The translations under genes were made by a program, and so were the position numbers. From an uncultured Ruminococcus sp. (GTDB lineage: Bacteria > Bacillota > Clostridia > Oscillospirales > Acutalibacteraceae), in contig CACZZB010000001.1 of NCBI GenBank assembly GCA_902785555.1, positions 35,282-99,281 on the forward strand: a stretch of 64,000 bases of DNA, given 5' to 3'. Positions 1 to 8,102 of this stretch are shown here, piece after piece (position 1 is the stretch's first letter; each line of letters starts with the position of its first letter). The notes beneath the pieces are model-generated. The model ran no database searches. It worked only from the letters and a program-made list of their open reading frames with translations, and was not told the DNA's origin.

Positions 1-474
1 GGTGCATCTGTTTCTCCGTTCAACGCATTTCTTCTTCTCCAGGGTGTGGAAACCCTTTCACTCCGTCTTGACAGACACGTTGAAAATACAAAAAAAGTCG
101 TTGAATATCTCAACAATCATCCATTGGTAGAAAAAGTAAATCATCCCTCATTGCCTGACCATCCCGATCATGCACTTTATGAAAAATATTTCCCGAATGG
201 TGCTGCATCTATCTTCACGTTTGAGATAAAAGGCGGTCAGGAAGAAGCATGGAAATTCATTGACAATCTCAAGATATTCTCACTTCTTGCAAACGTCGCT
301 GATGTAAAAAGCCTTGTCATACACCCCGCTTCCACAACTCACTCTCAGCTTTCAAAAGAAGAACTCCTTGAACAGAACATCAAACCTAACACTATCCGTT
401 TGTCTATCGGTACTGAACATATTGATGATATCATAGCAGATTTGGAAAACGGTTTCAATGCTTTGACTGAATGA
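1..474 (+). CDS. Cys/Met-metabolism PLP enzyme, O-acetylhomoserine sulfhydrylase-like, C-terminal part (5' end upstream of window)
   Basis: Frame 1 is open from base 1. The tail ...FSLLANVADVKSLVIHPASTTHSQL...IRLSIGTEHIDDIIADLE is typical of the MetY/MetB/MetC PLP family. A hairpin terminator follows. Confidence 0.75.
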   Translation, partial: GASVSPFNAFLLLQGVETLSLRLDRHVENTKKVVEYLNNHPLVEKVNHPSLPDHPDHALYEKYFPNGAASIFTFEIKGGQEEAWKFIDNLKIFSLLANVADVKSLVIHPASTTHSQLSKEELLEQNIKPNTIRLSIGTEHIDDIIADLENGFNALTE

Positions 475-498
475 CACTAACATTAATAAATATTAAAA

Positions 499-530
499 GG
501 CGGCTAAACCTTTATTTCGGTTTAGCCGCC
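499..530. terminator. bidirectional intrinsic terminator between convergent genes
   Basis: ggcggctaaacc (499-510) pairs perfectly with ggtttagccgcc (519-530). A-run upstream and T-run downstream. Confidence 0.75.
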
Positions 531-542
531 TTATTTTTTAGT

Positions 543-2054
543 TTAACCCGTAACACTTGAACGGATTATTTTTCTTGATGCTGTCTTTTCAAATTCCTTA
601 TCTCTGATAACGAGATTTACAATATGTTTTGCTGCCGGAAATGTATCGTTGACTTCATCAATTTTAGCCTGTATCTCGGCTTTTATGTCATTGCTTTCAT
701 AATCGGGATTCGGGAATACCTCCGCTGTGATAAGTCCCTGTTTGTCATAAACGACTATCTCTTTTATCGGAGCAAAATATGCAAACTGATTTTCTATCTC
801 CTCGGGAGATACGTTTTCTCCGTTTGAAAGGATTATCAGATTCTTCTTTCTTCCCGTGATAAATACATAACCGTCTTTCTGATATCCTAAATCGCCTGTC
901 ATCAGCCATCCGTCAGGCGTAAGGGATTTAGCCGTTTCTTCGGGATTCTTATAATATCCCTGCATTACAGACGGACTCTTTACCCATATCTCTCCGTCAA
1001 CTATCCTGACTTCACAGCGTGGAACTATCCTGCCGACAGATTCGGGTTCGGGACAGTCTACAACACCCGTGCATATTCTCGGAGAACATTCCGTCATGCC
1101 ATAGCCCTGAGAAACTTTTATCCCATACTCTATGTATCCCTCGATTATCTTCGGGCTGAGATATGCACCGCCTGTATATATAACTCTGAAATCTTCACCG
1201 AAAATTTCCCTGCCTATGGCTATCTTATCGGGATTCGTTTCCGCAAGCTGATTCATTCTCGTCAGAATAGACCCTGCTATCATCGGTACAAATGTAACTT
1301 CCGTCGGTCTGTATATCTTCAGATTTTTGACTATTCTCATAAGGGAATCATTGACACAGATAGTTCTTCCGTACCAAAGACTGCATAGGATATCACAGGT
1401 AAAGCAGAATACATGATGTATCGGGAGAACAGTCATTCTCGTGAAACCGTGGTATCCCTCGTCAGGCTCACAGGTAGCATTATCTATCAGATTGCCGTTT
1501 GACAGCATTACACCCTTGCTCAGACCCGTTGTACCCGATGTAAAAAGAATTGCCGCAAGGTCACTTTCGGACGAACTCTTTGAAGGCTCTTTATCTTTAT
1601 ATTCACTGATAATATCTTCAAGATAAAGCATATCATCAGTTTTCTTATGAACATGAACATAATACTTCACTTTCGGACAAAGGCTTTTGAAGGTATCCAA
1701 GTCCCCCTCATGCTTATCATCCAAAAACAGCACTTCGCTGTCGGAACGGTTTATTTCATCAGCTATTTTCTCGGCACTGTTGGCACAATCAAGCGGAACC
1801 GATACATTTCCGCTCGCCTGTATACCGAACCATGCAACAAGATATTCATAACTTGTCAGTCCGACTACTGCCGCATGAACTCTTTCCGAAAATTTATCTT
1901 CAAGCCATGCACCTATCTTGTCACAGTCGTCTTTAAACTGCTGATAGCTGTGTTCAACGAAACTCTTTTTCTTGTATTCACGAACCCAGACTTCATCACC
2001 GAACTTTTCTGCTGCATTATATACAAGGTCTTTTAAAGTTTTTACTTCCATCAT
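543..2054 (-). CDS. AMP-dependent synthetase/ligase, fatty-acyl-AMP/CoA ligase type
   Basis: 503 aa with AMP-binding core motif FTSGTTGLSKGVMLS, plus GYGMTE and a late GDLGY..DGY.F..GRKK motif. Its start overlaps the ACP stop by 4 nt. Confidence 0.85.
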   Translation of the reverse strand: MMEVKTLKDLVYNAAEKFGDEVWVREYKKKSFVEHSYQQFKDDCDKIGAWLEDKFSERVHAAVVGLTSYEYLVAWFGIQASGNVSVPLDCANSAEKIADEINRSDSEVLFLDDKHEGDLDTFKSLCPKVKYYVHVHKKTDDMLYLEDIISEYKDKEPSKSSSESDLAAILFTSGTTGLSKGVMLSNGNLIDNATCEPDEGYHGFTRMTVLPIHHVFCFTCDILCSLWYGRTICVNDSLMRIVKNLKIYRPTEVTFVPMIAGSILTRMNQLAETNPDKIAIGREIFGEDFRVIYTGGAYLSPKIIEGYIEYGIKVSQGYGMTECSPRICTGVVDCPEPESVGRIVPRCEVRIVDGEIWVKSPSVMQGYYKNPEETAKSLTPDGWLMTGDLGYQKDGYVFITGRKKNLIILSNGENVSPEEIENQFAYFAPIKEIVVYDKQGLITAEVFPNPDYESNDIKAEIQAKIDEVNDTFPAAKHIVNLVIRDKEFEKTASRKIIRSSVTG

Positions 2055-2275
2055 GCTTGATCCTCTAAATAGTCAACCAATTCACCGACTGTCTTTTTCT
2101 TGCCTGCAACAGATTCATCAACTTCAATGTCAAACTCATCTTCACAGTCACCGAGCATACACATAAAGTCGTATGAATTGAAGCCCAAATCCTCGGCAAA
2201 TCTTGAATCAAGCTCAATGCTGTCGGGGTCTACATCAACATAATTTACTATCAAATTTTTCAATTTATCAAACAT
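2051..2275 (-). CDS. acyl carrier protein (phosphopantetheine-binding)
   Basis: 74 aa, acidic. DLGFNSYD motif carries the Ser attachment site. RBS aaaggaga lies 9 nt upstream of the ATG. Confidence 0.8.
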   Translation of the reverse strand: MFDKLKNLIVNYVDVDPDSIELDSRFAEDLGFNSYDFMCMLGDCEDEFDIEVDESVAGKKKTVGELVDYLEDQA

Positions 2276-2300
2276 AGCGAAAAATCTCCTTTATTATTTA

Positions 2301-2440
2301 GAGTGGAGTGTTGAGAATAAAGAGTGGAGTTATTATATATCCGCTTTATTCTCAAAATCCACTTTTTTATTTTAATTGGTGTTCTATGAAGAATTTGAAG
2401 TCAAATCTGCTCCACTCTCAATTCTTCACTCTCCACACTT
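2301..2440 (-). repeat. heptad-built hairpin element, family A copy 1 (intra-operon, starts just after the stop of the C-domain gene)
   Basis: Left hairpin: gtggagtgttgagaataaag (2303-2322) pairs with ctttattctcaaaatccac (2345-2363). Right hairpin: gaagaatt (2390-2397) pairs with aattcttc (2420-2427). Block 2409-2439 is 28/31 identical to 59785-59815. Confidence 0.7.
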
Positions 2441-2442
2441 AT

Positions 2443-3846
2443 TTATACCATGTCCATGATTTCCTTAATAGTCTTGTCGGGGTTCTCGATACTTCTGAAA
2501 AGGACTCTGCCGACAAAGTAATAAAGGAATTCAATTTCTTCGGGAGTAGCAGATTCTTTCTGATAGCCGAAATAGAAATTCAGTCCGCCGTCACCCGGTC
2601 TGTGCATAGCCGTGATATAGAAAGGCTGGGGCTGTCTTCCGCTGCTGTACCAACGGCTCTTGAACGGAATATCTTTAAGATACGGTATAAGGCTCTTTCT
2701 TGTAGCCGGCTGATAAGTAAAGCTGACACTGAAATACGTTGCACCGGGGTCGGCATTGTATCTTATTCTTTCTTCATAGTAATATTTCATTGTTGAATAG
2801 TCTGCATGGAGAAAAACATCCTGCTGTTCCTTGTTGATTATTTCCATTGATTCAAGTACCGTTGCACTCGGGTCTATGATAGTTCTCAAAGGCAGACAGT
2901 GCATTCTTACGCCACCGCACTTTTTATTGAGGAGTGTCGAACGTCTGCTGATAAAATCCCTGATAGTAACATCATTTTCATTATTGAATTTTGCAAGTAC
3001 AGTTCTGATAGCGTGAAGTATAACAACGCTTGCCGGAATATTATATTTCTCAGCAAAATCGAGTATCTTGTCCGTTGACTCAACACTGAGACCGTATGTA
3101 ACAGTTGCACCGGCACTGTCTTTTGTCGGGAGCATACTCCATCTGAGTTCGGGATTACCTTTTGCTTTACGCATCTGTATAAGTCTGCCGGGACCTGTGA
3201 AGTCCGTATATATCGGCTCGGGCTGGGCAAGCTTTTTATGCCAGAATTCCTCATCACGCTTTGCCTTTTTGGTTTCCGGATATTCAAGATCTTTCTTGAC
3301 GGATTCGATATAAGATGTCAGCGGAGCGGGTTCGGGGAGTCCGTACAGCAGATGACAGTACAGTTCCAGAACGTCTTTCGTAAATGTAACTACCGAATAT
3401 GAATCTGCACAAGCATGATGTACATTCAGATAATATCCGTTATAGCCGTCGGGCATTGAAACTATGACTATTCTCGACAATTCACCGCCGTATGTATCAA
3501 ACGGCTGTGAAGTCCATCTTTCAAGGATAGAATGAGCTTTTTCTTCTGTAAGTGCCGAAAAATCGTAGTACTCAAAATACTGATTCTTATACGGTACAAC
3601 ATATTGCCAAAGCTGATTCGTTTCAGGTTCACGCCATATTCTCATACGCATTGACTCACATCTCTCAACGGCACGGTTAAGTGCTTCTCTCAGTACCGAT
3701 ACATTGAATTCTGTCTTGAAGAATTGTCCTGTTCCGATATTAACCACTTCATCCGAAGGGCTGAACATCAATGTATACATATGAACCATCTGTGCGGGGG
3801 TCAACGGATAGCATTCATGCTTTATTCCGCCTATAATTTTTTCCAT
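2443..3846 (-). CDS. stand-alone NRPS-type condensation (C) domain protein
   Basis: 467 aa with the catalytic HHxxxD motif present as HHACADSYS. Size and layout fit a single C domain. First gene of the operon, with RBS aaaggagg. Confidence 0.8.
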   Translation of the reverse strand: MEKIIGGIKHECYPLTPAQMVHMYTLMFSPSDEVVNIGTGQFFKTEFNVSVLREALNRAVERCESMRMRIWREPETNQLWQYVVPYKNQYFEYYDFSALTEEKAHSILERWTSQPFDTYGGELSRIVIVSMPDGYNGYYLNVHHACADSYSVVTFTKDVLELYCHLLYGLPEPAPLTSYIESVKKDLEYPETKKAKRDEEFWHKKLAQPEPIYTDFTGPGRLIQMRKAKGNPELRWSMLPTKDSAGATVTYGLSVESTDKILDFAEKYNIPASVVILHAIRTVLAKFNNENDVTIRDFISRRSTLLNKKCGGVRMHCLPLRTIIDPSATVLESMEIINKEQQDVFLHADYSTMKYYYEERIRYNADPGATYFSVSFTYQPATRKSLIPYLKDIPFKSRWYSSGRQPQPFYITAMHRPGDGGLNFYFGYQKESATPEEIEFLYYFVGRVLFRSIENPDKTIKEIMDMV

Positions 3847-3903
3847 AAATAATAGTACCTCCTTTAAACTATAAAAAATATTTTGAATAAAATCGCTAAT
3901 ATT

Positions 3904-3932
3904 ATTCTAACATCTTACCCATTATTTGTCAA
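3904..3932 (-). promoter_or_regulatory. sigma-A type promoter for the C-domain/ACP/ligase operon
   Basis: On the minus strand: TTGACA (3932-3927), 17 nt spacer, TAGAAT (3909-3904). Confidence 0.6.
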
Positions 3933-3955
3933 TAAGTATAATAAAATAATAAAAA

Positions 3956-3987
3956 ATACGACAGAATTTTTAATTTGTCTGTCGTAT
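3956..3987 (-). terminator. intrinsic terminator of the surface-protein gene
   Basis: atacgacaga (3956-3965) pairs with tctgtcgtat (3978-3987). A U-run follows on the minus strand. Confidence 0.7.
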
Positions 3988-4001
3988 TTTATGCTGTAAA
4001 A

Positions 4002-5675
4002 TTATTTTCCCGTTTTCTTTTTTCTCATAAGCAAAAACGCACTAATAAGGCTTACTCCTGTCAATGACACTATTAAAGAGATAAGATTCATATTATCGCC
4101 CGTGTTAAAGCTTGAAGAACTGTTCGGCAAATAAGATACACTACTGTTATTATTGTTCGTACTTGCATTTGAAGAAACCGAACCCATAACGTTAACCGTA
4201 ATATCTATCTCACCGTCTTCAAATTTTAGTGTCAGGGTATTTCTTCCGTCATCAAGTCTTGAAAGAAGGTCTGACGAGATTTTTACAGTGCCGTTTGAGA
4301 TTGAGAGCTTCTGACCGTCACTTTCAGCAAAAAGTCTGTTATTTCTGCGTATTGCAACCGTTTCCGATTTTGAATTTGTAACTACTTCTATGCCCGAAAG
4401 AGAATTTCTCTGCCATGTAAAAAAAGTTTTTTCTGCCGAAATTTCCTCTTTTACCTCATTTCTGCTGTCAGTGACATTTACATTTATATCTATCTGTCCG
4501 TCATCAAATTTGAGTGTAAGAATATTTTCTCCGACATCAAGAGTTCTGAGAATTTTCGCCGATATGCCGACTTTGCCGAGCAGTATATATAAATTCAGCT
4601 TTTCTTTTTCGGCGATAAGCTCATTATTTTTATACAAGCTGACCGTTTTTGAATTTGAATTCGTTTTCACAGATATACCAATAAGGTCTTTTTTATCCCA
4701 TTCAAAGACAGTATTATCAGCCGTTATATTTTTCGGTGCATTTTTTTCATCAGTGACATTCACTCTTATATCAAGCTGTCCGTCATCAAATTTGAGTGTC
4801 AGGAGATTTTCCCCGACATCAAGAGTTCTGAGAATTTTCGCCGATATTCCGACTTTGCCTAATAATATATTCAGGTCAAGGCTTTCACCCTGAGCGATAA
4901 GCTCATCGTTTTTATATAAACCGACATTTTTTGAACGTGAATCTGTACCGACCGATATACCAAGAATATTGCTCTTGTCCCATTCAAAATAAGTATTCTT
5001 TGCAGTTATATCCTTTTGGGGATGTTTATTGTCCGTGACATTTACATTGATATCGACCACACCGTCATCAAGCACAAGCTGTAATCTGTTTTGTCCGTTG
5101 TCAAGTTTTTTCAAAACAGCAGGCGATATCATAACACTGCCCAATAAAATACTTGCATCAAGCAATTTTTCCGAAATTATCTCATCGCCTTTCAAAACGG
5201 TAACTTTCTTCGATTTGGAATCCGTATCAACGGTTATACCCAATACACTGCTTCTGTCCCATTCAAAATCCGTTTTTTTTGCTGTGACTTCTCTGTAATT
5301 GTCGGTTATATTTATTGTAATATCAAATTTACTGTCTTTTAATATGACAGTGAAATCATGCTCTCCGTCAGAGAATTTGCTGAGTATTTCCGCACCTATT
5401 GATATCTTTCCGTCTTCAATTGAAAGATGTTTGCTCAAAAGGCTTGTTGCAGCTACGATATTGTTCCTTGTTAATGTAACCGTATTTGATACGGAATCCG
5501 TATCAATACTTATTCCCTCATTACTGCTTCTGTCCCATTCAAAATACATCTTCTCTATTGAAGTTTCGCTTGCAATATCGGATATAACCTCAAAAGCATT
5601 CACAGGAACAGCCGACCATGCACCGCATGAAACAGCCGTTGCCATTATCAAACATAAAATTTTTCTTGATTTCAT
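4002..5675 (-). CDS. secreted cell-surface protein with five tandem ~95-aa repeats and a C-terminal membrane/sorting-like anchor
   Basis: N-terminal signal peptide MKSRKILCLIMATAVSCGAWSAVPVNA. Five repeats begin with FEWD(R/K) and end with D(I/V).(I/V)NVTD. The C-terminus has ..FNTGD.., a hydrophobic stretch, then RKKKTGK. Confidence 0.7.
   Translation of the reverse strand: MKSRKILCLIMATAVSCGAWSAVPVNAFEVISDIASETSIEKMYFEWDRSSNEGISIDTDSVSNTVTLTRNNIVAATSLLSKHLSIEDGKISIGAEILSKFSDGEHDFTVILKDSKFDITINITDNYREVTAKKTDFEWDRSSVLGITVDTDSKSKKVTVLKGDEIISEKLLDASILLGSVMISPAVLKKLDNGQNRLQLVLDDGVVDINVNVTDNKHPQKDITAKNTYFEWDKSNILGISVGTDSRSKNVGLYKNDELIAQGESLDLNILLGKVGISAKILRTLDVGENLLTLKFDDGQLDIRVNVTDEKNAPKNITADNTVFEWDKKDLIGISVKTNSNSKTVSLYKNNELIAEKEKLNLYILLGKVGISAKILRTLDVGENILTLKFDDGQIDINVNVTDSRNEVKEEISAEKTFFTWQRNSLSGIEVVTNSKSETVAIRRNNRLFAESDGQKLSISNGTVKISSDLLSRLDDGRNTLTLKFEDGEIDITVNVMGSVSSNASTNNNNSSVSYLPNSSSSFNTGDNMNLISLIVSLTGVSLISAFLLMRKKKTGK
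4161..5555 (-). repeat. in-frame tandem coding repeats (5 units, ~288 bp period)
   Basis: Units 3 and 4 are nearly identical at the DNA level. For example, ~4480-4590 matches ~4770-4880 (ctgtccgtcatcaaatttgagtgt...gacatcaagagttctgagaattttcgccgatat). Confidence 0.8.
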
Positions 5676-5696
5676 TCTTAAATACCTCCAACAATA

Positions 5697-5957
5697 TCAA
5701 TCATCTATCGCACCGACAGCTTTCAGGCGTGTGACTATATTATTTACATCAAGTTCGATTTGACCGTTTTCGTCATCATATATTTTTTTCATTTCGGATA
5801 TTATCTGTTCTTTTGTAATATCTTTTTTCAAATAATCCAATATAACGCCCAAAGTTTCATTTCCTTTTATTACTCCCGAAAAATTTGCATTTCCCATTGG
5901 AACAACAACAACTTCGCTGCCTGTCTTGTGTATAAGAAAATTTTTATTGAGTTTCAT
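5697..5957 (-). CDS. PqqD-family (RiPP recognition element-like) small protein
   Basis: Starting at the internal ATG (RBS aagggg 8 nt upstream) gives MKLNKNFLIHKTGSEVVVVP...GNETLGVILDYL...EQIISEM..IYD...DV..IV..L..VGAI. This matches the PqqD-like pattern I recognise. The longer track ORF (to 5993) has no RBS. Confidence 0.55.
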   Translation of the reverse strand: MKLNKNFLIHKTGSEVVVVPMGNANFSGVIKGNETLGVILDYLKKDITKEQIISEMKKIYDDENGQIELDVNNIVTRLKAVGAIDD

Positions 5958-6026
5958 GCAGCTCACCCCTTTTCCAAAAATATTATACAACATTTTTTCG
6001 ATTTATACAACAGTAAATTTTTAAAG

Positions 6027-6061
6027 TTTGTCACAGACAAATATTTGTATAAAAATTTGTC
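6027..6061. promoter_or_regulatory. overlapping palindromes (possible operator) in a divergent promoter region
   Basis: tttgtcacagacaaa (6027-6041) is a 6-3-6 perfect palindrome. acaaatatttgt (6037-6048) is a perfect 12-mer palindrome. tttgtc recurs at 6056-6061. A TTTACA-17-TATAAT promoter for the downstream gene sits at 6089-6117. Confidence 0.3.
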
Positions 6062-6150
6062 TATTGCTACAAAATCCAATAATCCTCATTTACATTGCAA
6101 TAAAAAAATTATATAATGTCTTTTATACACTAAATTAGGAGAGTGATATT

Positions 6151-7212
6151 TTGAATATTATTTTTTTAGCTTTTGTCATTGTATTTTTTATCGGAGCAGA
6201 ATTTCATTTCAAAGATATCAACAATGAATATATATCACACAGACAAACTCAATGTATCAACGGATTTTTTGTATTGATAGTCTTTATTCAGCATTTCAAA
6301 GGCTATGTAAAACTTGGTGATTATGACATGGTATACAATTACATAGCAAATTGGAGCGGTCAGCTTCTTGTAGTGCCATTCCTGTTCTTTTCGGGATACG
6401 GCATAATGCTTTCCATCACAAAAAAAGGAAAACCTTATGTCGATACAATTCTCACAAAGCGTTTCCCGAAAATATGGATTCACTTCGCACTTGCCATTGT
6501 ACTTTTCATTATAACAAACCTCATTATGAGAAAGACCTTTCCTCCTTTGAAGCTGATACTCACTTTCCTCGGCTGGGACAGTATCGGAAACAGCAATTGG
6601 TATATCTTTGACACTCTTATACTTTATATACTTACATTTCTTAGTTTCAGATTCGTCGGAAAAAATCGCCGTTTGGGACTGTTTATAATGGCTTTGCTGA
6701 CTTCCGCTTTTGTTATAGCAATGTCACGATTCAAACCCGGCTATTGGTACAATACCGTAATAGCTTATCTTTTGGGAATGATATTTGCAACGGTAGAATC
6801 TTCATTCAAAAAAATAATGTCCTCAGAAATACTCAATTATATCATTTTCATAACTTTCGGTATCATTATAATATCACTTGCCGTAAATGACAAGGCAAAA
6901 CTGACTTCCTATGAAGTCTTTGTTACTGCCGGAACAGTCCTCCTTTTAGCCCTGTCACTAAAAGTGAGATTCGGCAATCCTATACTTTCATTTCTCGGAA
7001 AATATGTATTCGAGATATACATTCTCCAAAGGATACCAATGATACTTTTGCAGTCTTATATCCCCCAAAAGTACATTTATTTTGCAGTATGTTTCGCCTC
7101 AACTCTCGTTCTTTCATTCCTTTTTCGCTTTATCGAAAAGCCTTTCGACAAGCTCATAGACGGACAGCTTTTCCGCAAAAAACAGCCGTCACTTCCCGAA
7201 AAGAAATGTTGA
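6151..7212 (+). CDS. acyltransferase family 3 integral membrane protein (O-acyltransferase)
   Basis: 353 aa with ~10 hydrophobic segments. The N-terminal region ..R....ING.R..L...V...H.. is typical of acyltransferase_3. TTG start with RBS aggaga. Confidence 0.65.
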   Translation: MNIIFLAFVIVFFIGAEFHFKDINNEYISHRQTQCINGFFVLIVFIQHFKGYVKLGDYDMVYNYIANWSGQLLVVPFLFFSGYGIMLSITKKGKPYVDTILTKRFPKIWIHFALAIVLFIITNLIMRKTFPPLKLILTFLGWDSIGNSNWYIFDTLILYILTFLSFRFVGKNRRLGLFIMALLTSAFVIAMSRFKPGYWYNTVIAYLLGMIFATVESSFKKIMSSEILNYIIFITFGIIIISLAVNDKAKLTSYEVFVTAGTVLLLALSLKVRFGNPILSFLGKYVFEIYILQRIPMILLQSYIPQKYIYFAVCFASTLVLSFLFRFIEKPFDKLIDGQLFRKKQPSLPEKKC

Positions 7213-7267
7213 ATTATCAGCCGAGTCATGTTATAATACTCACAAAAAAATCAAAGGAGTTTTTTAT

Positions 7268-7588
7268 ATGAAACTTGCAGTATCTTTCGATATGGACAGC
7301 GACAATATAGCACCCGATTTTGACTCGACCATGTTTTTTAAAATGTATGATATTGACGAGGGTGATGTCATTTGCAGTGAGATAATGAGTACAATGGGGA
7401 AATTCGGCGCCGAAAATCTCTCCGAACTTCTCATTCTTCTGAAAGCCGATGCCGTTTTATGCGGTGATATATCGGATGACGCTGCACAAATGCTTGACGA
7501 GGAAGGCATTTCTTTTTACAGCGGTTTTTCGGGTGATTCCGATGAAACAGTTGAAGCATTTATCAACGGAGTTTTTCACTTTGAATAA
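7268..7588 (+). CDS. NifB/NifX-like (dinitrogenase FeMo-cofactor-binding fold) small protein
   Basis: 106 aa starting MKLAVSFD.., with central ..ADAVLCGDIS..A...L.E.GI.. as in the NifX/NifB-C family. Sits next to a DtxR-type repressor, a common arrangement. Confidence 0.55.
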   Translation: MKLAVSFDMDSDNIAPDFDSTMFFKMYDIDEGDVICSEIMSTMGKFGAENLSELLILLKADAVLCGDISDDAAQMLDEEGISFYSGFSGDSDETVEAFINGVFHFE

Positions 7589-7671
7589 TAAAAAGTTCAG
7601 TTACAACTTGATTTTTTACAGCCGATATGTTAATATTAAATAAAATACTTTATAAGATGGTGATTTAATTT

Positions 7672-8052
7672 ATGAATAAAGAAAAAAATGTAGAAAAAAC
7701 CATAGAAGATTATCTTGAAGCAATGCTCATGATAAAAGAAGAAAAGGGAATGGTGCGTTCAATAGATGTTGCATATCTTTTAGGTGTAACAAAACCAAGT
7801 GTTACTTATACCACAAAACGTCTAAAAGAACGTGGATATATCACAATGGATGAAGATAATCTTATAACCCTGACAGATTCGGGAATGGAGATAGCTGCCC
7901 GTACATATCACCGCCATAAGACTCTCACGAATTTTTTCATCGGTCTCGGTGTTGACAAGAATATCGCCAAAGAAGATGCCTGTCTTATCGAACACGATCT
8001 CAGTCCCGAAACCTTTGATGCACTTTGCAGACATATCGAAAGCATGAACTGA
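7672..8052 (+). CDS. DtxR/MntR-family metal-dependent transcriptional repressor
   Basis: 126 aa. N-terminal IEDYLEAMLMI..E.G.VRSIDVA..LGV.KPSV....KRL.E.GYI and the following HRH...FF..LGV segment are hallmark DtxR-family sequences. Confidence 0.85.
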   Translation: MNKEKNVEKTIEDYLEAMLMIKEEKGMVRSIDVAYLLGVTKPSVTYTTKRLKERGYITMDEDNLITLTDSGMEIAARTYHRHKTLTNFFIGLGVDKNIAKEDACLIEHDLSPETFDALCRHIESMN

Positions 8053-8062
8053 AAAAATCAAA

Positions 8063-8095
8063 ATCCCGATATCCTTATCTTCAGGATATCGGGAT
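8063..8095. terminator. bidirectional intrinsic terminator
   Basis: atcccgatatcct (8063-8075) pairs perfectly with aggatatcgggat (8083-8095). Lies between convergent genes. Confidence 0.75.
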
Positions 8096-8102
8096 ATTTC
8101 TG

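Noticed and set aside
2308-2796. 162-aa plus-strand ORF spanning the family A repeat and the 3' end of the C-domain gene
   Set aside because: It is antisense to a motif-supported gene and begins inside the repeat element. It has no RBS.
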